Positions 1-10,689 of a DNA stretch of 64,000 bases are shown piece after piece (the stretch's first letter is position 1; the number at the start of each line of letters is the position of its first letter). The notes below the pieces were generated by a model. It made no database searches, was not told the DNA's origin, and saw only the letters and a program-made list of their open reading frames with translations. The stretch comes from Candidatus Marinacidobacterales bacterium (GTDB taxonomy: Bacteria > Acidobacteriota > Vicinamibacteria > Marinacidobacterales > SMYC01). The DNA lies in the NCBI GenBank assembly GCA_965224085.1, contig CBDCYI010000005.1, positions 1,952,001 through 2,016,000 on the forward strand. Reading direction: 5' to 3'. A program made the translations under genes and the position numbers.

Positions 1-1
1 C

Positions 2-439
2 GCAAATCGCCGATTCCGGCCGAAAGGTTTTTGGGAGTAGCCCGAATGTATGCAGCTGTTGCAGCCACTCCGCATCCGACACGTCTGACTTGCGCCCAGA
101 TACGTTTTTCACTTTGCGAGCATCGACCAGATAGACTTCAAATCCCTCGTCTTCCAACAACTCGTACAGTGAAATCCAATAAACTCCGGTCGACTCCATC
201 GCCACCGTGCACACGCCGCACGCCTTCAGCCAATTGGCCAGCTCTCGCAGCGAGCATACAAAGCTCTGAAACGTGCGGACATGTTCGCCCTCAGGAGTGC
301 GCCCCTTCGGGACTGCCGCCACGATTGACTCCGCTCCAATATCAATCCCTGCAGCATCTAGATTTACCGTGTCGAGCTCGTGCTCCAATTTTTTCCGTCT
401 TGCTTGACGACTGCTTTTTGTCCTGACGCGACGTGCCAT
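2..439 (-). CDS. IS110-family transposase/recombinase, N-terminal DEDD domain (runs off window start)
   Basis: Manual translation from ATG at 439: MARRVRT...AAGIDIG...TVAMESTGVYW...GRKSDVSDAEWL, matching IS110 motifs GID, MESTG and KSD..DA. RBS-like AGGAG upstream. Absent from the ORF track because no stop codon lies in the window. Confidence 0.9.
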   Translation of the reverse strand, partial: MARRVRTKSSRQARRKKLEHELDTVNLDAAGIDIGAESIVAAVPKGRTPEGEHVRTFQSFVCSLRELANWLKACGVCTVAMESTGVYWISLYELLEDEGFEVYLVDARKVKNVSGRKSDVSDAEWLQQLHTFGLLPKTFRPESAIC

Positions 440-454
440 TTCTCGCTCCTTTCG

Positions 455-625
455 GCGCAACCAGGAGAGAGGGGCGATTCAAAACATTCTTTCGAACGGG
501 GTCATGCCTCGCGACATGCCACCACGGATACTCCCGCTAACCCTCCAGACCTTGCTGTCAAACGGGCACTGAGCACCATCGTACCTTCGGCCTTGACTCC
601 CGGCTGCACTCGATCGGAGTCTACT
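455..625 (-). ncRNA. candidate IS110 bridge RNA region
   Basis: Non-coding stretch directly upstream of the IS110 ORF. It has a hairpin GACTCC(595-600)/GGAGTC(616-621) and two units AACGGG-[hairpin]-CACCA (495-524, 561-578), consistent with a 5' stem plus two loops. Boundaries are approximate. Confidence 0.55.
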
Positions 626-811
626 TCCTCCCACAGATCTCAAAGGGTCAGTCTCCGATTACCTTCGCCCGCCCGGGCGATGCCATTGCTGTCAACTTGA
701 GCTGGCAACGTCAACTTGACATGACGGACGGAAGGCCGTTCGAAGTCGACATCTTCGGGCGCATCGACTCACCCGACAACATCGCCAAAACGTACCGCAT
801 CCCGATCGCCA

Positions 812-1291
812 TTAGTCGTCGATCAAGTCCTTGAGCGCTTCGGCGTGCGTCTCCAAGAAAAGACGATCTTTCGGACGATTTGCTTTTGCCTTGGACGTAA
901 CGATGTGCGTGAGCCGCGCCACCGGAATCTCGACGTCTTCGACACGGAACACACGTCGCTCGTTCCACACTTGATCGAACTCGAATCCTGCCATAACGAA
1001 CGTGAGGACGACTTCCAGACCGTCGTCGTCAGTCGCTTTGGTCAGTGCCTTTCGTTCGACGACAGCTAGCAAACGGTCGAGTGGCTTTCCCAGCGGCTCG
1101 GCACCTGCCCAGAGCTGCAGGCCCTGAGCGTCGATCGTCCGCCAAACGGTTAGCAGGTTCTCCGGGTCCGGCGGAAGGAAAAGGTTGCGGTCCTTCGTCG
1201 TGAATAGGGTCGCTCCCGACATCGCGTAGTAGTTCGCGCCAGCGACGTCGACGAGTACACATCTTGCTGGCTCACGCGAAAGTGTGCTCAT
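812..1291 (-). CDS. nucleotidyltransferase-like protein (toxin/antitoxin type), probably degenerate at the N-terminus
   Basis: C-terminal 'IPVARLTHIVTSKAKANRPKDR' is typical of small NTase/AbiEii-like proteins. The expected GxxA and DxD motifs look degraded. Confidence 0.5.
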   Translation of the reverse strand: MSTLSREPARCVLVDVAGANYYAMSGATLFTTKDRNLFLPPDPENLLTVWRTIDAQGLQLWAGAEPLGKPLDRLLAVVERKALTKATDDDGLEVVLTFVMAGFEFDQVWNERRVFRVEDVEIPVARLTHIVTSKAKANRPKDRLFLETHAEALKDLIDD

Positions 1292-1311
1292 GAGCTCACG
1301 GAGTTCTTCTA

Positions 1312-1884
1312 ACGCTGCAGAAGAGATGGTCTCGTGGCTGGCAGGCGCTCGCCTCTTATACGTGGTCGGAGGCCACTGGGCTCATTGGCTCGAACTGGGG
1401 CGGGCCGGGCGGCTCGCAAACCAGTCGCGTCACGGGGTTCACGAGCCAGGCGGGCAGAGACCCCAACAATTTCACCAACGCGACGGGGAATTTGCGCAAC
1501 GACCGGACCCACATGGTCCGGTTACAAGCCGCCGTGGAGGTACCCAAGGTCGAGATTCTTTTAGGCGCCAACTACGACCATGTCACTGGAAAACCGTACG
1601 CATCCCGCGCTCGAGTTCGTCTTCCGCAGGGGTCCCAGCAAATCTACATCGAACCGCTCGGAACCCGACGGATCGCTAATTCGGGCATTCTCGACTTGCG
1701 CGTGTCGAAGATCTTTCGTTTCGGCGAGACCGGCCGGTTCGAGATCATCGGCGATTTCTTGAACCTCACGAACGACCAGGCACCTCAGAACATCATCAGC
1801 CGCCAGTACAACAGCCCGAACTTCGAACAGCCGAGCTTCTGGCCGACACCGCGCCGCATCATGATCGGCTTGAAGTTCGCTTAG
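1312..1884 (+). pseudogene. C-terminal fragment of a TonB-dependent (Oar-like) outer-membrane receptor
   Basis: The frame is open from ~1312: LQKRWSRGWQALASYTWS...LDLRVSKIF...DFLNLTN...PRRIMIGLKFA. The N-terminal bulk is missing. Confidence 0.8.
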
Positions 1885-1992
1885 CGTGGGACGTTGACGG
1901 CAGGTCGGTCGTCGCTGTCGCGGTAAGGCAAGAGCTCGACGTGAGCCATCGAGCTCACGTAAGATGGCCCGTCCCATCGCGAGAGGAGAACG

Positions 1993-3333
1993 ATGTCGTC
2001 GTCCCTTCCCTTTCACCCGTCGATGCTTCTCGGGATTCTCGCTTTGTTGGCATCCCCAAACCTCGCGGCGCCCGAGGACTGGCCCGAGTGGCGAGGCGCA
2101 GGTCGCTTGGGGGTTTGGAACGAGACGGGTATCCTCGATGCCTTCCCCGACGACGGTCTCGAAGTCACCTGGCGAACGACCGTGGGAAGCGGTTACGCGG
2201 GGCCGTCCGTCGCAAACGGGCGCGTGTTTCTCACGGACTTCAGCCCAACCGATCGCAACCAGGGTTTCGAGCGCATTGTTTGTCTCGATGAAGCGACGGG
2301 CGAGATTCTGTGGGAGCACGCCTGGGAAGCGGACTACACCGGCCTCCAGCTCGTCTATGCCATCGGCCCACGCGCGACGCCGACCGTGGATGGTGATCGC
2401 GTCTACGTCTTGGGAGCGATGGGGCGGCTCCTTGCTTTGACGGTGGACCACGGTAAGGTTCTCTGGGAGAAAGACTTCGTTCGCGACTACGAAGCTTCGG
2501 TGCCCGTCTGGGGGATGCCCAGCGCGCCTATCGTGGACGGAGAGCGGGTCATCGCACTGGCCGCCGGCGAGCCGAACGCCAAAGTTGTCGCCTTTCATCG
2601 AGATACCGGTCGCGAGATTTGGCGTGCTCTTTCTTCCGACTGGGAGCCCGGCTATAGCCAGCCCGTGTTCTTCGAGGCGGGCGGTGAGCGACAGCTTTTG
2701 ATCTGGCATCCGCGCGCGATGAGCTCCCTCGATCCTGTTACCGGTCGCGTGTACTGGGAAGCGCCCTTCATCGTGAGCATGGGGATGACCGTCTCCACGC
2801 CCATCGTCGAAGGCCGCCACCTCTTCGTCTCTTCGTTCTATGACGGCGCCCGGATGTGGAAGCTCGACGAAGACGGGTCGGGCGTCACTCTTTTGTGGGA
2901 GAGCTCAGGCGACAGCGAAGTGCGAAGCGACAAGATCCACACGCTCCTCAATACGGCCGTCATTCGAGGTGACTACCTCTACGGCGTCGACAGCTACGGC
3001 CAGATGCGATGCCTCGAGATCGAGACCGGACGTCGCATGTGGGAGACCATGGCCGTGACCCGCGAGAAGCAACGATGGGCCGCCGCGTTCTTCGTCCGAC
3101 ACGGCGACCGCTACTTCATTAACAATGACCGAGGCGAACTCATCATCGCGAAGCTGTCACCCGAGGGATTTCAGGAGCTCGACCGCACCCAGTTGATCGA
3201 GCCCACCTCCCCCACGGTCCGGAGACGGGATCTCGGGGCAGTACACTGGTCGCACCCCGCTTACGCCAACCGCCATATCCTCGTGCGCAACGACCGGGAG
3301 ATTTTGCGGGCGTCTCTGGCCAAGACAGAATGA
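1993..3333 (+). CDS. PQQ-binding-like beta-propeller repeat protein (BamB-like), secreted
   Basis: Signal peptide, 'DWPEWRG', repeated 'CLDxxTGxxxW' blades, and terminal 'WSHPAYANRHILVRN'. AGGAG RBS. Confidence 0.85.
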   Translation: MSSSLPFHPSMLLGILALLASPNLAAPEDWPEWRGAGRLGVWNETGILDAFPDDGLEVTWRTTVGSGYAGPSVANGRVFLTDFSPTDRNQGFERIVCLDEATGEILWEHAWEADYTGLQLVYAIGPRATPTVDGDRVYVLGAMGRLLALTVDHGKVLWEKDFVRDYEASVPVWGMPSAPIVDGERVIALAAGEPNAKVVAFHRDTGREIWRALSSDWEPGYSQPVFFEAGGERQLLIWHPRAMSSLDPVTGRVYWEAPFIVSMGMTVSTPIVEGRHLFVSSFYDGARMWKLDEDGSGVTLLWESSGDSEVRSDKIHTLLNTAVIRGDYLYGVDSYGQMRCLEIETGRRMWETMAVTREKQRWAAAFFVRHGDRYFINNDRGELIIAKLSPEGFQELDRTQLIEPTSPTVRRRDLGAVHWSHPAYANRHILVRNDREILRASLAKTE

Positions 3334-3494
3334 AACGCTCGGTGTTCGCGTGTCTCGCTGCCGGTCTTGATCCTGAACGGGGACACGTTCGAGCTGCTCG
3401 GATGCGAGGGTGAGTGCGACGAGGGCGAGGCGATCGCCCGCCTCGATCGAAACGACGAAATCATGCAGGCATGGTCCCGGCAGACCGGAGACCG

Positions 3495-3536
3495 ATCAAG
3501 TTCGGGGCGCGCGGATGAATAAATAGAAGGCACAGC
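3495..3536 (+). repeat. 42 bp IS-end-like sequence; inverted copy at 26785-26826
   Basis: ATCAAGTTCGGGGCGCGCGGATGAATAAATAGAAGGCACAGC; the reverse complement at 26785-26826 has one mismatch. Confidence 0.85.
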
Positions 3537-3557
3537 CGAGTTTTGGCACAGGACGGG
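3536..3557 (+). repeat. 22 bp IS-terminal motif CCGAGTTTTGGCACAGGACGGG (4 copies)
   Basis: Exact copies at 3536-3557 (+), 5112-5133 (-), 16371-16392 (+) and 16627-16648 (+). Confidence 0.9.
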
Positions 3558-3750
3558 GAATGTTTCACTCGGTTAGCCTATCCTAAAAATGGACCACTTT
3601 TCAGCACCCGATGAAGTACGGGATACCTTTTCCACGCAATGAGTTATACTGTTTTTCCGTCAGGACGACTTACCCCATACGAATCCGCGTAGACCCTAGA
3701 AAGGAAAATTCATACTACGGGGGAGATTCCAAGGAGGGCCTATAAGTCGA

Positions 3751-4062
3751 TTGAGATCTGCCGATGCCATCCTCGACGCTGCCAACAAATGGAAGCAGCA
3801 ATGCCTGCTCGATGGTGCTTCGCTTTTCGGCGAGGAAAGGCTCTGGACGCGTGAATATTTCGAGGAACTTCAAAACACTTCGTCGGGCGTCGCGATGCGG
3901 GAAGCGGGTCGTTCCAAGAGAAGCTGGGAGTCCAACTAGAACCCGCACCCTCGGAAGCGAAACGTCTTTTCGCGGAAATCATGTGGCTATATTACCTAAT
4001 TGTGAGTTCCGTTAAACGGGTTACGAAGCTCGATAGGATCAGGACGGTCTACGAGTGGTCAC
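3751..4062 (+). pseudogene. frameshifted N-terminal remnant, probably of an McrB-like protein
   Basis: Pieces in several frames (ILDAANKWKQQCLLDGASLF; EAKRLFAEIMWLYYL; VTKLDRIRTVYEWS) abut mcrC directly. No Walker A/GTPase domain remains, so the identity rests mainly on position. Confidence 0.5.
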
Positions 4063-5064
4063 CTCCTGTGCTACGCCTGGGGTCATTTCGACGAGCGCGA
4101 TGTGGTGCGGTTGGACGAACTTGACCAGATGGAAAGAGTGCACGATCTCCTGGGCAAGGTGCTGGCCGAGGGGACCTTTCGGTTAATTCGCAGAGGCATC
4201 GATCGTGGCTACCGAGAGGTGCGTGAGGACCTCGCCGGCATACGCGGAAAGATCGCCGTGGGAGAGACCGCGAAGCGGGCGCTACGCGCTCGCGGACAGG
4301 TGACTTGTGATTACGAAGAGCTGTCCCACGACGTGTTACACAACCGTATCCTGCGCTCCACGTTGAGATCCCTGATGCGCCTCCCGGACTTGCATTCGGA
4401 CGTACGCGCCGAAGTGCGAAGCGCGTACGCGAAGCTCGGCGGCGTAACGTTGGTTCCGCTGAGACGTCTGGTGTTCCAGCAGGTGCAGCTCGACCACAAC
4501 CGTCGGTACTATCGATTCCTGTTGTCTGTGTGCTGGCTTATCCATGAGCAGTTGCTAGTCGACGAGCAGTCCGGAGAGGCCACGTTCACCGCCGTCAGCG
4601 AAGAGCGGATGGAAAGACTGTACGAGGACTTCATCATCGAGTTCTATCGCCGTGAGCAAAACCGTTATCGGGTCAACAATCGTGGGCGCACCATCGCGTG
4701 GGCCAGCGAAGGAACACTCGACCAGCACCGCTCGAAGCTTCCGCGCATGGAAGCGGACGTCATTCTCGAAGCACCGAGTCGGCGTATCATCATGGATGCC
4801 AAGTATTACAGGGAAGCCTTAGGCGGCCGTTACGGCGGGAAGCTACGTTCGAACAATCTCTTTCAACTCCTGGCTTATCTAAGAAATCGCGAGGCTACCG
4901 TAACCCAAGGGGCGAGGCACGAAGGGATGCTGCTCTACCCGACAGTCGACGCGTCGGTGGAGGTCGATGTCTGCCTGGAGGGCTTCTCGATCCGTGCCCG
5001 GAGCATTGATCTTGCTCAGAACTGGCACAACATCCATCAAGATATGTTGGACTTGATCGCATAA
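4063..5064 (+). CDS. mcrC: McrC-family 5-methylcytosine restriction subunit (first residues missing)
   Basis: Frame begins 'LLCYAW', then 'IRGKI', 'LYEDFI', and PD-(D/E)xK-type 'MEADVIL...IIMDAKYY...LFQLLAYL...GMLLYP'. Confidence 0.85.
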   Translation, partial: LLCYAWGHFDERDVVRLDELDQMERVHDLLGKVLAEGTFRLIRRGIDRGYREVREDLAGIRGKIAVGETAKRALRARGQVTCDYEELSHDVLHNRILRSTLRSLMRLPDLHSDVRAEVRSAYAKLGGVTLVPLRRLVFQQVQLDHNRRYYRFLLSVCWLIHEQLLVDEQSGEATFTAVSEERMERLYEDFIIEFYRREQNRYRVNNRGRTIAWASEGTLDQHRSKLPRMEADVILEAPSRRIIMDAKYYREALGGRYGGKLRSNNLFQLLAYLRNREATVTQGARHEGMLLYPTVDASVEVDVCLEGFSIRARSIDLAQNWHNIHQDMLDLIA

Positions 5065-5302
5065 TCTGCGTTTTCCTCCGTCGCGTCGCGAAGGCGAACC
5101 AGGATTCACTACCCGTCCTGTGCCAAAACTCGGCCCATTTGAAATAGACCATCAGTGTCATGAATTGACGGACACGAGCTACCCTCAAAAGGAGTGGAAA
5201 TGAAGTAAAGTAATTGGAATCCTTCGTTCAAGGGGAAACCGTAGTAGTACCCTAAGAGCGTCTTTCAATGCAGAAGGGGGCAGTACCATTTGGAGGAAGA
5301 CT

Positions 5303-5554
5303 ATGGCCAAAGCGCGAGTGTTGACGAGGTCGGAACTAGCCGAGCATTTGGGCGTCGATAAACAGATGGTAACAAAATGGGAGCGGTTTGGGATGCCGGT
5401 CCACACTAGAGGGCGCGGCGTGGCGTCTCAATTCCGTCTGCGGGAGGTCCGTGCGTGGCTAAAGGTGCGGGAAGCCAAGGCCAAAGCGGCGGAGAAGGCA
5501 AAGGTGCGAGAAGCCAAAGCGGCAGAGAAGGCGAAGAAGACAGCGAAGCAATAA
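5303..5554 (+). CDS. small winged-HTH DNA-binding protein (phage Nu1/excisionase-like) with Lys/Ala-rich repeated tail
   Basis: 'TRSELAEHLGVDKQMVTKWERFGMP' HTH, GGAGG RBS, and a duplicated KVREAK..AAEKAK unit. Confidence 0.65.
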   Translation: MAKARVLTRSELAEHLGVDKQMVTKWERFGMPVHTRGRGVASQFRLREVRAWLKVREAKAKAAEKAKVREAKAAEKAKKTAKQ

Positions 5555-6228
5555 GACGCGGCGGCGATGAGATGAGACAAGTCTGACTGCGCGAGTCCTT
5601 GGAACTCGCTAGTCTCGCGGTACCGGTTGCCAACGACGCTGCTCGGGGAGCGCGATGACGTCGTACTCCTGGTCTTCGGTGACGAGTGCCTCTTCGAAAC
5701 CGCGAAAGCTGTAGACGGCTTGCTTGCCCAGATGGGACAGCAGGGGGTGGCCTTCCCTGGGATCGTGAGCTTGCTCAGGGACTTGAGGCTGACTTGCTTT
5801 CCTTTGATAGGGAAAGCGCTCTATTCCTGGAATCCACAATTCTACGAGACGGAAGGTGCTTATTGAGCAGCTCCTAGAAAGCGTTCGACTCACCTTGTTT
5901 ATCTCATCATATAGTTGCGCGAGTTCGTCGGCAGCCTCTCCGCAAGTTGGATTTGCCAAGAGTGCGGTGACTAGAATCCTCAGCTCGTGGCAATACCATC
6001 CCGGCAACGACTTTAGCTCTTTGCTTTTCACGAAGTCTGTGAATTTCTCTGATATGGCCGCGTGTGCGCTTTCGTTCGCGGCCTTTGCCGCCTCAATGAT
6101 GGTCGTCTGGTCAATAAACTCAAACGCGCTCCCGTAGGCCAGTTTGAGAGGGCTTGGCCTCGGCCTGTTAGACCGGTTGAATCACAGGTCGTGGTCAGGT
6201 ACTTACTCTAGTTCTCCGGGGAGACACA

Positions 6229-6954
6229 ATGGACTGGAAGACCATGCTGGCGTACATCACGGGATCGGTCGACCGAGAACTGCTCCTGCGCAACGAGTAC
6301 CTCGTTACCGAGAATCGTATTCTTCGAGATCAGCTGCAAGGCCGTTTGCGCCTGACCGATGGTGAGCGGAGAACCTTGGCGGAGATCGGAAAACAGCTCG
6401 GCAAGCGCGCGCTCGAAGAGGTGGCGAGTATCGTCAGGCCCGATACGATTCTCGGGTGGCACCGCAAGCTCATCGCCAGGAAGTTCGACGGTTCCAAGAA
6501 CCGGACGTATCCGGGGCGACCACGAATCGACGAAAAGATCGAACAGCTGATTATCCGCTTCGCGAGAGAGAACCGATCGTGGGGCTATGATCGCATTGCC
6601 GGGGCCATGGCGAACCTCGGGTATCGAGCGAGCGACCAAACCGTCGGCGAAGAGGTGGGTATCAAGACCGTCAAACTGCCTGCGAGAAGCCCGAATTTGA
6701 ACTCCTTCGCGGAGCGCTGGGTGAAGTCTGTGAAGGAAGAATGTCTATCGAAGCTGATCTTGTTCGGCGAGCCAGCATTCAGACGGTGTCTGGCTTCCTA
6801 TCTCGCTCATTATCATGGAGAGAGGAACCATCAAGGCAAGGAAAACGTCATTCTCTTTCCGTCTGTAGAAAGCAGCGGCCCCCGCGAAGGGCCAATCCTT
6901 TGTCGGGAAAGGCTCGGTGGGCTGCTGAGATACTACCACCGAGAGGCGGCATGA
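6229..6954 (+). pseudogene. integrase-core (rve/DDE) transposase with in-frame internal deletion
   Basis: HTH region 'WGYDRIAGAM..ASDQTVG' is joined straight to 'LPARSPNLNSFAERWV...RLGGLLRYY'. The segment with the first two catalytic Asp residues is absent. Confidence 0.85.
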
Positions 6955-7413
6955 AAACTGGAGCCACGGCCGGCGAGAAGGAAATTCAGACCACCGGGTT
7001 CTTTGTCTTCGGCGCCCTCACTTTGATCGTGGCACTCCTTAAGCTGGCCGTTTTCAGCGACTGGTCGTGGTGGCGAGTATCACTACCCATCTTGATCTTT
7101 GTCGGCTTCAATATCGCTTACATAGTCACGGGCTTTGGCTATCTGTCCTTTGCTGAGGCCAGGGAAAGACCCTCCCAGGGACGAAGTCAACCCACTCGGT
7201 CAGCATCACGGCCCGCTCTACTGGAGCTCGATGCTCTTCTTCGCGGCGTTTGCCGATAATCTGGTCCGATACCTGGAAGGCACCGAGGACTCATTCTGGT
7301 TTTGGGGTCTGTCTGGGCGCCTTGAAGCGGTGTTCATTTTCGGCAGTCTCAGTATCGTCGGCCTATTCCTGTATTGGTCGGCGATCACACGTAGCCTTGT
7401 TGAGCCGGAGTAA
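6951..7413 (+). pseudogene. small multi-pass membrane protein, apparently frameshifted near 7175
   Basis: The ATG overlaps the transposase stop. Hydrophobic helices continue in a second frame (ORFs 6741-7259 and 7135-7413). Confidence 0.5.
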
Positions 7414-7489
7414 TTCGTGTAACACGGCCGTGTCAACCCGTATTCGGGTCGTGCCACGCGATCGAAGTGACGGACGAATTTCTTGACCA

Positions 7490-7690
7490 AACGGGCAACG
7501 GACGCAATCTGGGCCAGTGCCTCGCGGCCCAAAGCCTGGGCCTTGACGGCGAGCCCGCGTCGGTCGTCGTCAGAGAGCCTGAGACGCGTGCCCCGAAGCC
7601 CGGCTCGGAGCACACGGTTCTCCTCTTGCAGGTAGTCGATCACATCCTGCTGATGGCGGTTGACCCAGCTGGCCACAACAAGCAGTAGGA
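7490..7690 (-). pseudogene. N-terminal fragment of an integrase-core transposase
   Basis: 'WVNRHQQDVIDYLQEENRVLR...RLRLSDDDRRGLA' is homologous to the N-terminus of the 6229 ORF. Confidence 0.75.
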
Positions 7691-7942
7691 ATTTCGGCCT
7701 CTGGGGTCTATTTTTTTGTCGGGGCCACCTATGGGTTCACTTGTGTTACGGCCCGGTGATTCGCTCACCATCCTCAAGATGGCTTTGTCAGTCAGCTTCA
7801 TCTGTCTCGTTTCCTCCACGAACGTGACTCAAGCTACGGGGCGCTAACTTTTTCCCCGGTGGGACTGTCTCCCACTGAACATGCCAGCCTTCGCTGGACG
7901 CACTCGTGTCCAAAAATACAAACGAACTCAAGACCCTTGCAC

Positions 7943-8038
7943 CTGTGCTCCGCAAAAAATCGATGCGGCGTTGATTGCGCGTTTTAGACCTGCTATGCTC
8001 GGTCGCTTGTGGCCGATCTTCTTTTTTGCGGATCACAG
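7943..8038. mobile_element. 96 bp MITE with CTGTG(C/A)TCCG.AAAAA inverted ends
   Basis: A second 96 bp copy lies at 31431-31526, a 56 bp version with both ends at 13015-13070, and single ends at ~16414-16464 and 34405-34432. Confidence 0.8.
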
Positions 8039-8422
8039 AGGTCGGTCAGCTGGCTTTTTCGTCAACTTGACTTGGCAGTACCCGTTGCGCCGCCCGTGCC
8101 TTCTTCTTCGTCGTCTCCGGAGCGTTCTCGGAGTAGCTGCGACCCAACGCCTCCGTCAACTACTGCCAGGATACTTCCCAGTTGTAGAGCTGCGCGCCAA
8201 TGGAGCGTAAGCGCTTTTTTCAAAGGGATGCGTACACATCACCAACAGTAAACAGCGCAAGCACTGCGGCCGGGCTGGATCCGGCGATCCGGGCAACCGA
8301 CGCGTTCCCTTGCCTTGCTTCGACCTGAGTCGTATCCTCGTCACGGGCCGCAATCCAACGACGACGACGGACACCATGCATAAAGCATTCGATCCTCTTT
8401 TCCCGGCTGCGGAGAGACCCCA

Positions 8423-10408
8423 GTGCCCGAGCGCGTTCTCGTTCTAGTCGGAAGCGAGCATCTTGGCAAGGATGAACTCTCGTTTCTGGGTCGATGTGCG
8501 TCCCGCGGAGCCCGGGTGGTGGCTTGGCAACACCCTATCGTCGGACAGGATCGATTCCCGAGCCCTGACATCGCAAGGTACCTTCAGGCTTTGGGCATCG
8601 AGGCGACTCCACTGCCGGTTGCGCTGGGCGAGCCTGTCAACACGGAAGTAGAGGAAGCGGTCATCGCATGGATGAAGCGCCTCGGACGCACCCCACTCGG
8701 TCCCTCAGGCAGCTTTCGAAGCACCTTCCGGTATGGGGAACGCTCGCTCTGGTGGTGGGTGGAACTCTGGTTGTACTACGACACCGAGCTTCGGCTCCAC
8801 GTGAGGGACATCGAGGCTCTCGCTCGCCTTCTGGAACACGAGACTCCGGATCGCGTGGTGGTCGTGGGAGATGTCCGGCAGCTCGCTAAAGTGGTCCGCG
8901 ATCTCGCAAAGAAAAGTGAGGTTCAATCCGCCGTACGGGCACTAGGACCGAGTCGGCCTCGCCCCAGCTTCAGCTTCTTGTTGGAACTCGCCAAACTGAT
9001 CGGCGCTGGCGGGACGTCGTTGCTCTGTAAGCGCTCGGCGCCCACCGAGTCGAAGGGGCTCCGTGTCCTCTGTCTGACGCACTCCTCGATGTGGTGGGAG
9101 AGGCGGGATCCAGAGACCAAAGCAACGGAAGCGGTCGAGATGTACTTCGACCAAATCATCCCGAGCCTCAGAGCGGAGGGTAACGCCTTGCGCATCGTCG
9201 GCGTGGGGCCGCCCGTACCGTTCAAGCACCGTACGTTTTCACGGAAACTTCGCGAGCTGGCGAAGCTCGACACGCGTGGTCTCCCCTACATCCCATTCGG
9301 GACCTACCTCACACCCAGAGTGGCTTTGAAAGCGGCGCAAGCTTACTTCCACTCCTGGAGGTGCCTGCGTCGTTTCGAGCGCCTGCCCGATCTCAAGAAC
9401 GCTTTCTCTCATCGCGGAATCGAGCTGACGAGCGTTGGAAGCGCGGCAATGCGTGAAGCCTTCTTGCGCCTCGTGCCGTGGGCGTTGCGTTCCTTCGAGC
9501 AGGTCCGGGCTATGCTGGAGGTCGAGAGACCGAACATCATCGTCCTTTACGCCGAGTCGACCGCCCTTGGACGGGCGGTGGTGGCCGCCGCTTCCGATGC
9601 AGGTGTTCCATCCCTTGCTATTCAGCACGGCATCATGTATCCGCGCTACTACTCCCACGAGCACGCTTCTGACGAAGTAATGGCGTCGTATGGCGGGACC
9701 GACTCTGTACCATTGCCGGATCGTACGGCCGTCTTCGGTCGCATGGCCCGAGACGTGCTGATCGAGCGGGGGCACTATCCGCCAGAAAAGATCGTCATCA
9801 CCGGAAGTCCGAAGTTCGACGTTCTGCTCCGAGCCGGGCGCACTTTGAGGCGTGAGGAAGTCCGCGCACGACTGGGGCTCGACGCCACCGCGAAAATGCT
9901 CATCGTCGCATCCCGTTTTTCATCGTTCGGACCCGTGTTCGGAGATCTCCTCAGGGCGGCGAAAGGGGTGCCCGGACTCTGGCTGTTGGTGAAACCTCAT
10001 CAAGCGGAAGGCAGGGAGTCCTATCGGAAGATCGCGGAGCAGGAGGCCTCGTCTCGGGTCCGTGTTCTCTCCTCCTCCGCGAACCTCCTAGAGCTCATCG
10101 TGGCATCGGATGGGCTGATTACCGTGGACTCTTTTGCTTCCTCCGAAGCACTCATCCTTGGCCGGCCGGTTCTCATCGTCAACCTACCCAACAACCTCGA
10201 GATGCTCGTGGACAAAGAGCTGGCCAAAGGCGTTTACCGGGGCCAGGACATGACCACACCCATCCGCCAGCTTCTAGACCCAAACGAGCTCGCGAAACTG
10301 AAGGTGAGGCTCGGTCGGCTTCGGGATGAGTTTGCTTACGGAGCGGATGGCGGCTCGACAGAGAGAATCCTCCAGGCGGTCTATGCGGTAGCGAGTCGAA
10401 AGCGTTAA
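8423..10408 (+). CDS. surface polysaccharide biosynthesis protein (GT-B fold, capsule/CDP-glycerol transferase-like)
   Basis: 'LAIQHG', 'VITGSPKFD', 'VKPHQAE' and 'SSEALILGRPV' motifs; 661 aa intact ORF. Confidence 0.7.
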   Translation: MPERVLVLVGSEHLGKDELSFLGRCASRGARVVAWQHPIVGQDRFPSPDIARYLQALGIEATPLPVALGEPVNTEVEEAVIAWMKRLGRTPLGPSGSFRSTFRYGERSLWWWVELWLYYDTELRLHVRDIEALARLLEHETPDRVVVVGDVRQLAKVVRDLAKKSEVQSAVRALGPSRPRPSFSFLLELAKLIGAGGTSLLCKRSAPTESKGLRVLCLTHSSMWWERRDPETKATEAVEMYFDQIIPSLRAEGNALRIVGVGPPVPFKHRTFSRKLRELAKLDTRGLPYIPFGTYLTPRVALKAAQAYFHSWRCLRRFERLPDLKNAFSHRGIELTSVGSAAMREAFLRLVPWALRSFEQVRAMLEVERPNIIVLYAESTALGRAVVAAASDAGVPSLAIQHGIMYPRYYSHEHASDEVMASYGGTDSVPLPDRTAVFGRMARDVLIERGHYPPEKIVITGSPKFDVLLRAGRTLRREEVRARLGLDATAKMLIVASRFSSFGPVFGDLLRAAKGVPGLWLLVKPHQAEGRESYRKIAEQEASSRVRVLSSSANLLELIVASDGLITVDSFASSEALILGRPVLIVNLPNNLEMLVDKELAKGVYRGQDMTTPIRQLLDPNELAKLKVRLGRLRDEFAYGADGGSTERILQAVYAVASRKR

Positions 10409-10689
10409 TAAAGCACCCGTCGGGCGGGAACTTTCAGCTGTCCAGTAGTCGCCGAGCGACCGAGAAACAGGTGGGGCCCCCGCAGCATTGAGTGATGAGC
10501 ACGTGGCGAACGAGCCCTGAGGCTTCGTGTTCGCTCGGAGCTAGTCCCATGGGTCTTTGATTACTATACAAAGTTAGACTTTTAGCCAGCCCATAAGATT
10601 CATAAGAGTCATACACTTAGAATGGTACTGTCAAGTTGGCGTCATTGTAGCCAGACTGGTCCCGGTTGGCTGTTGCGCTTCGAGATTTC

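Noticed and set aside
31-426. Plus-strand 131 aa ORF
   Set aside because: Antisense shadow of the IS110 transposase.
5577-6140. Minus-strand protein-like fragments
   Set aside because: They look like fused gene pieces, but I recognise no motif and cannot fix a start.
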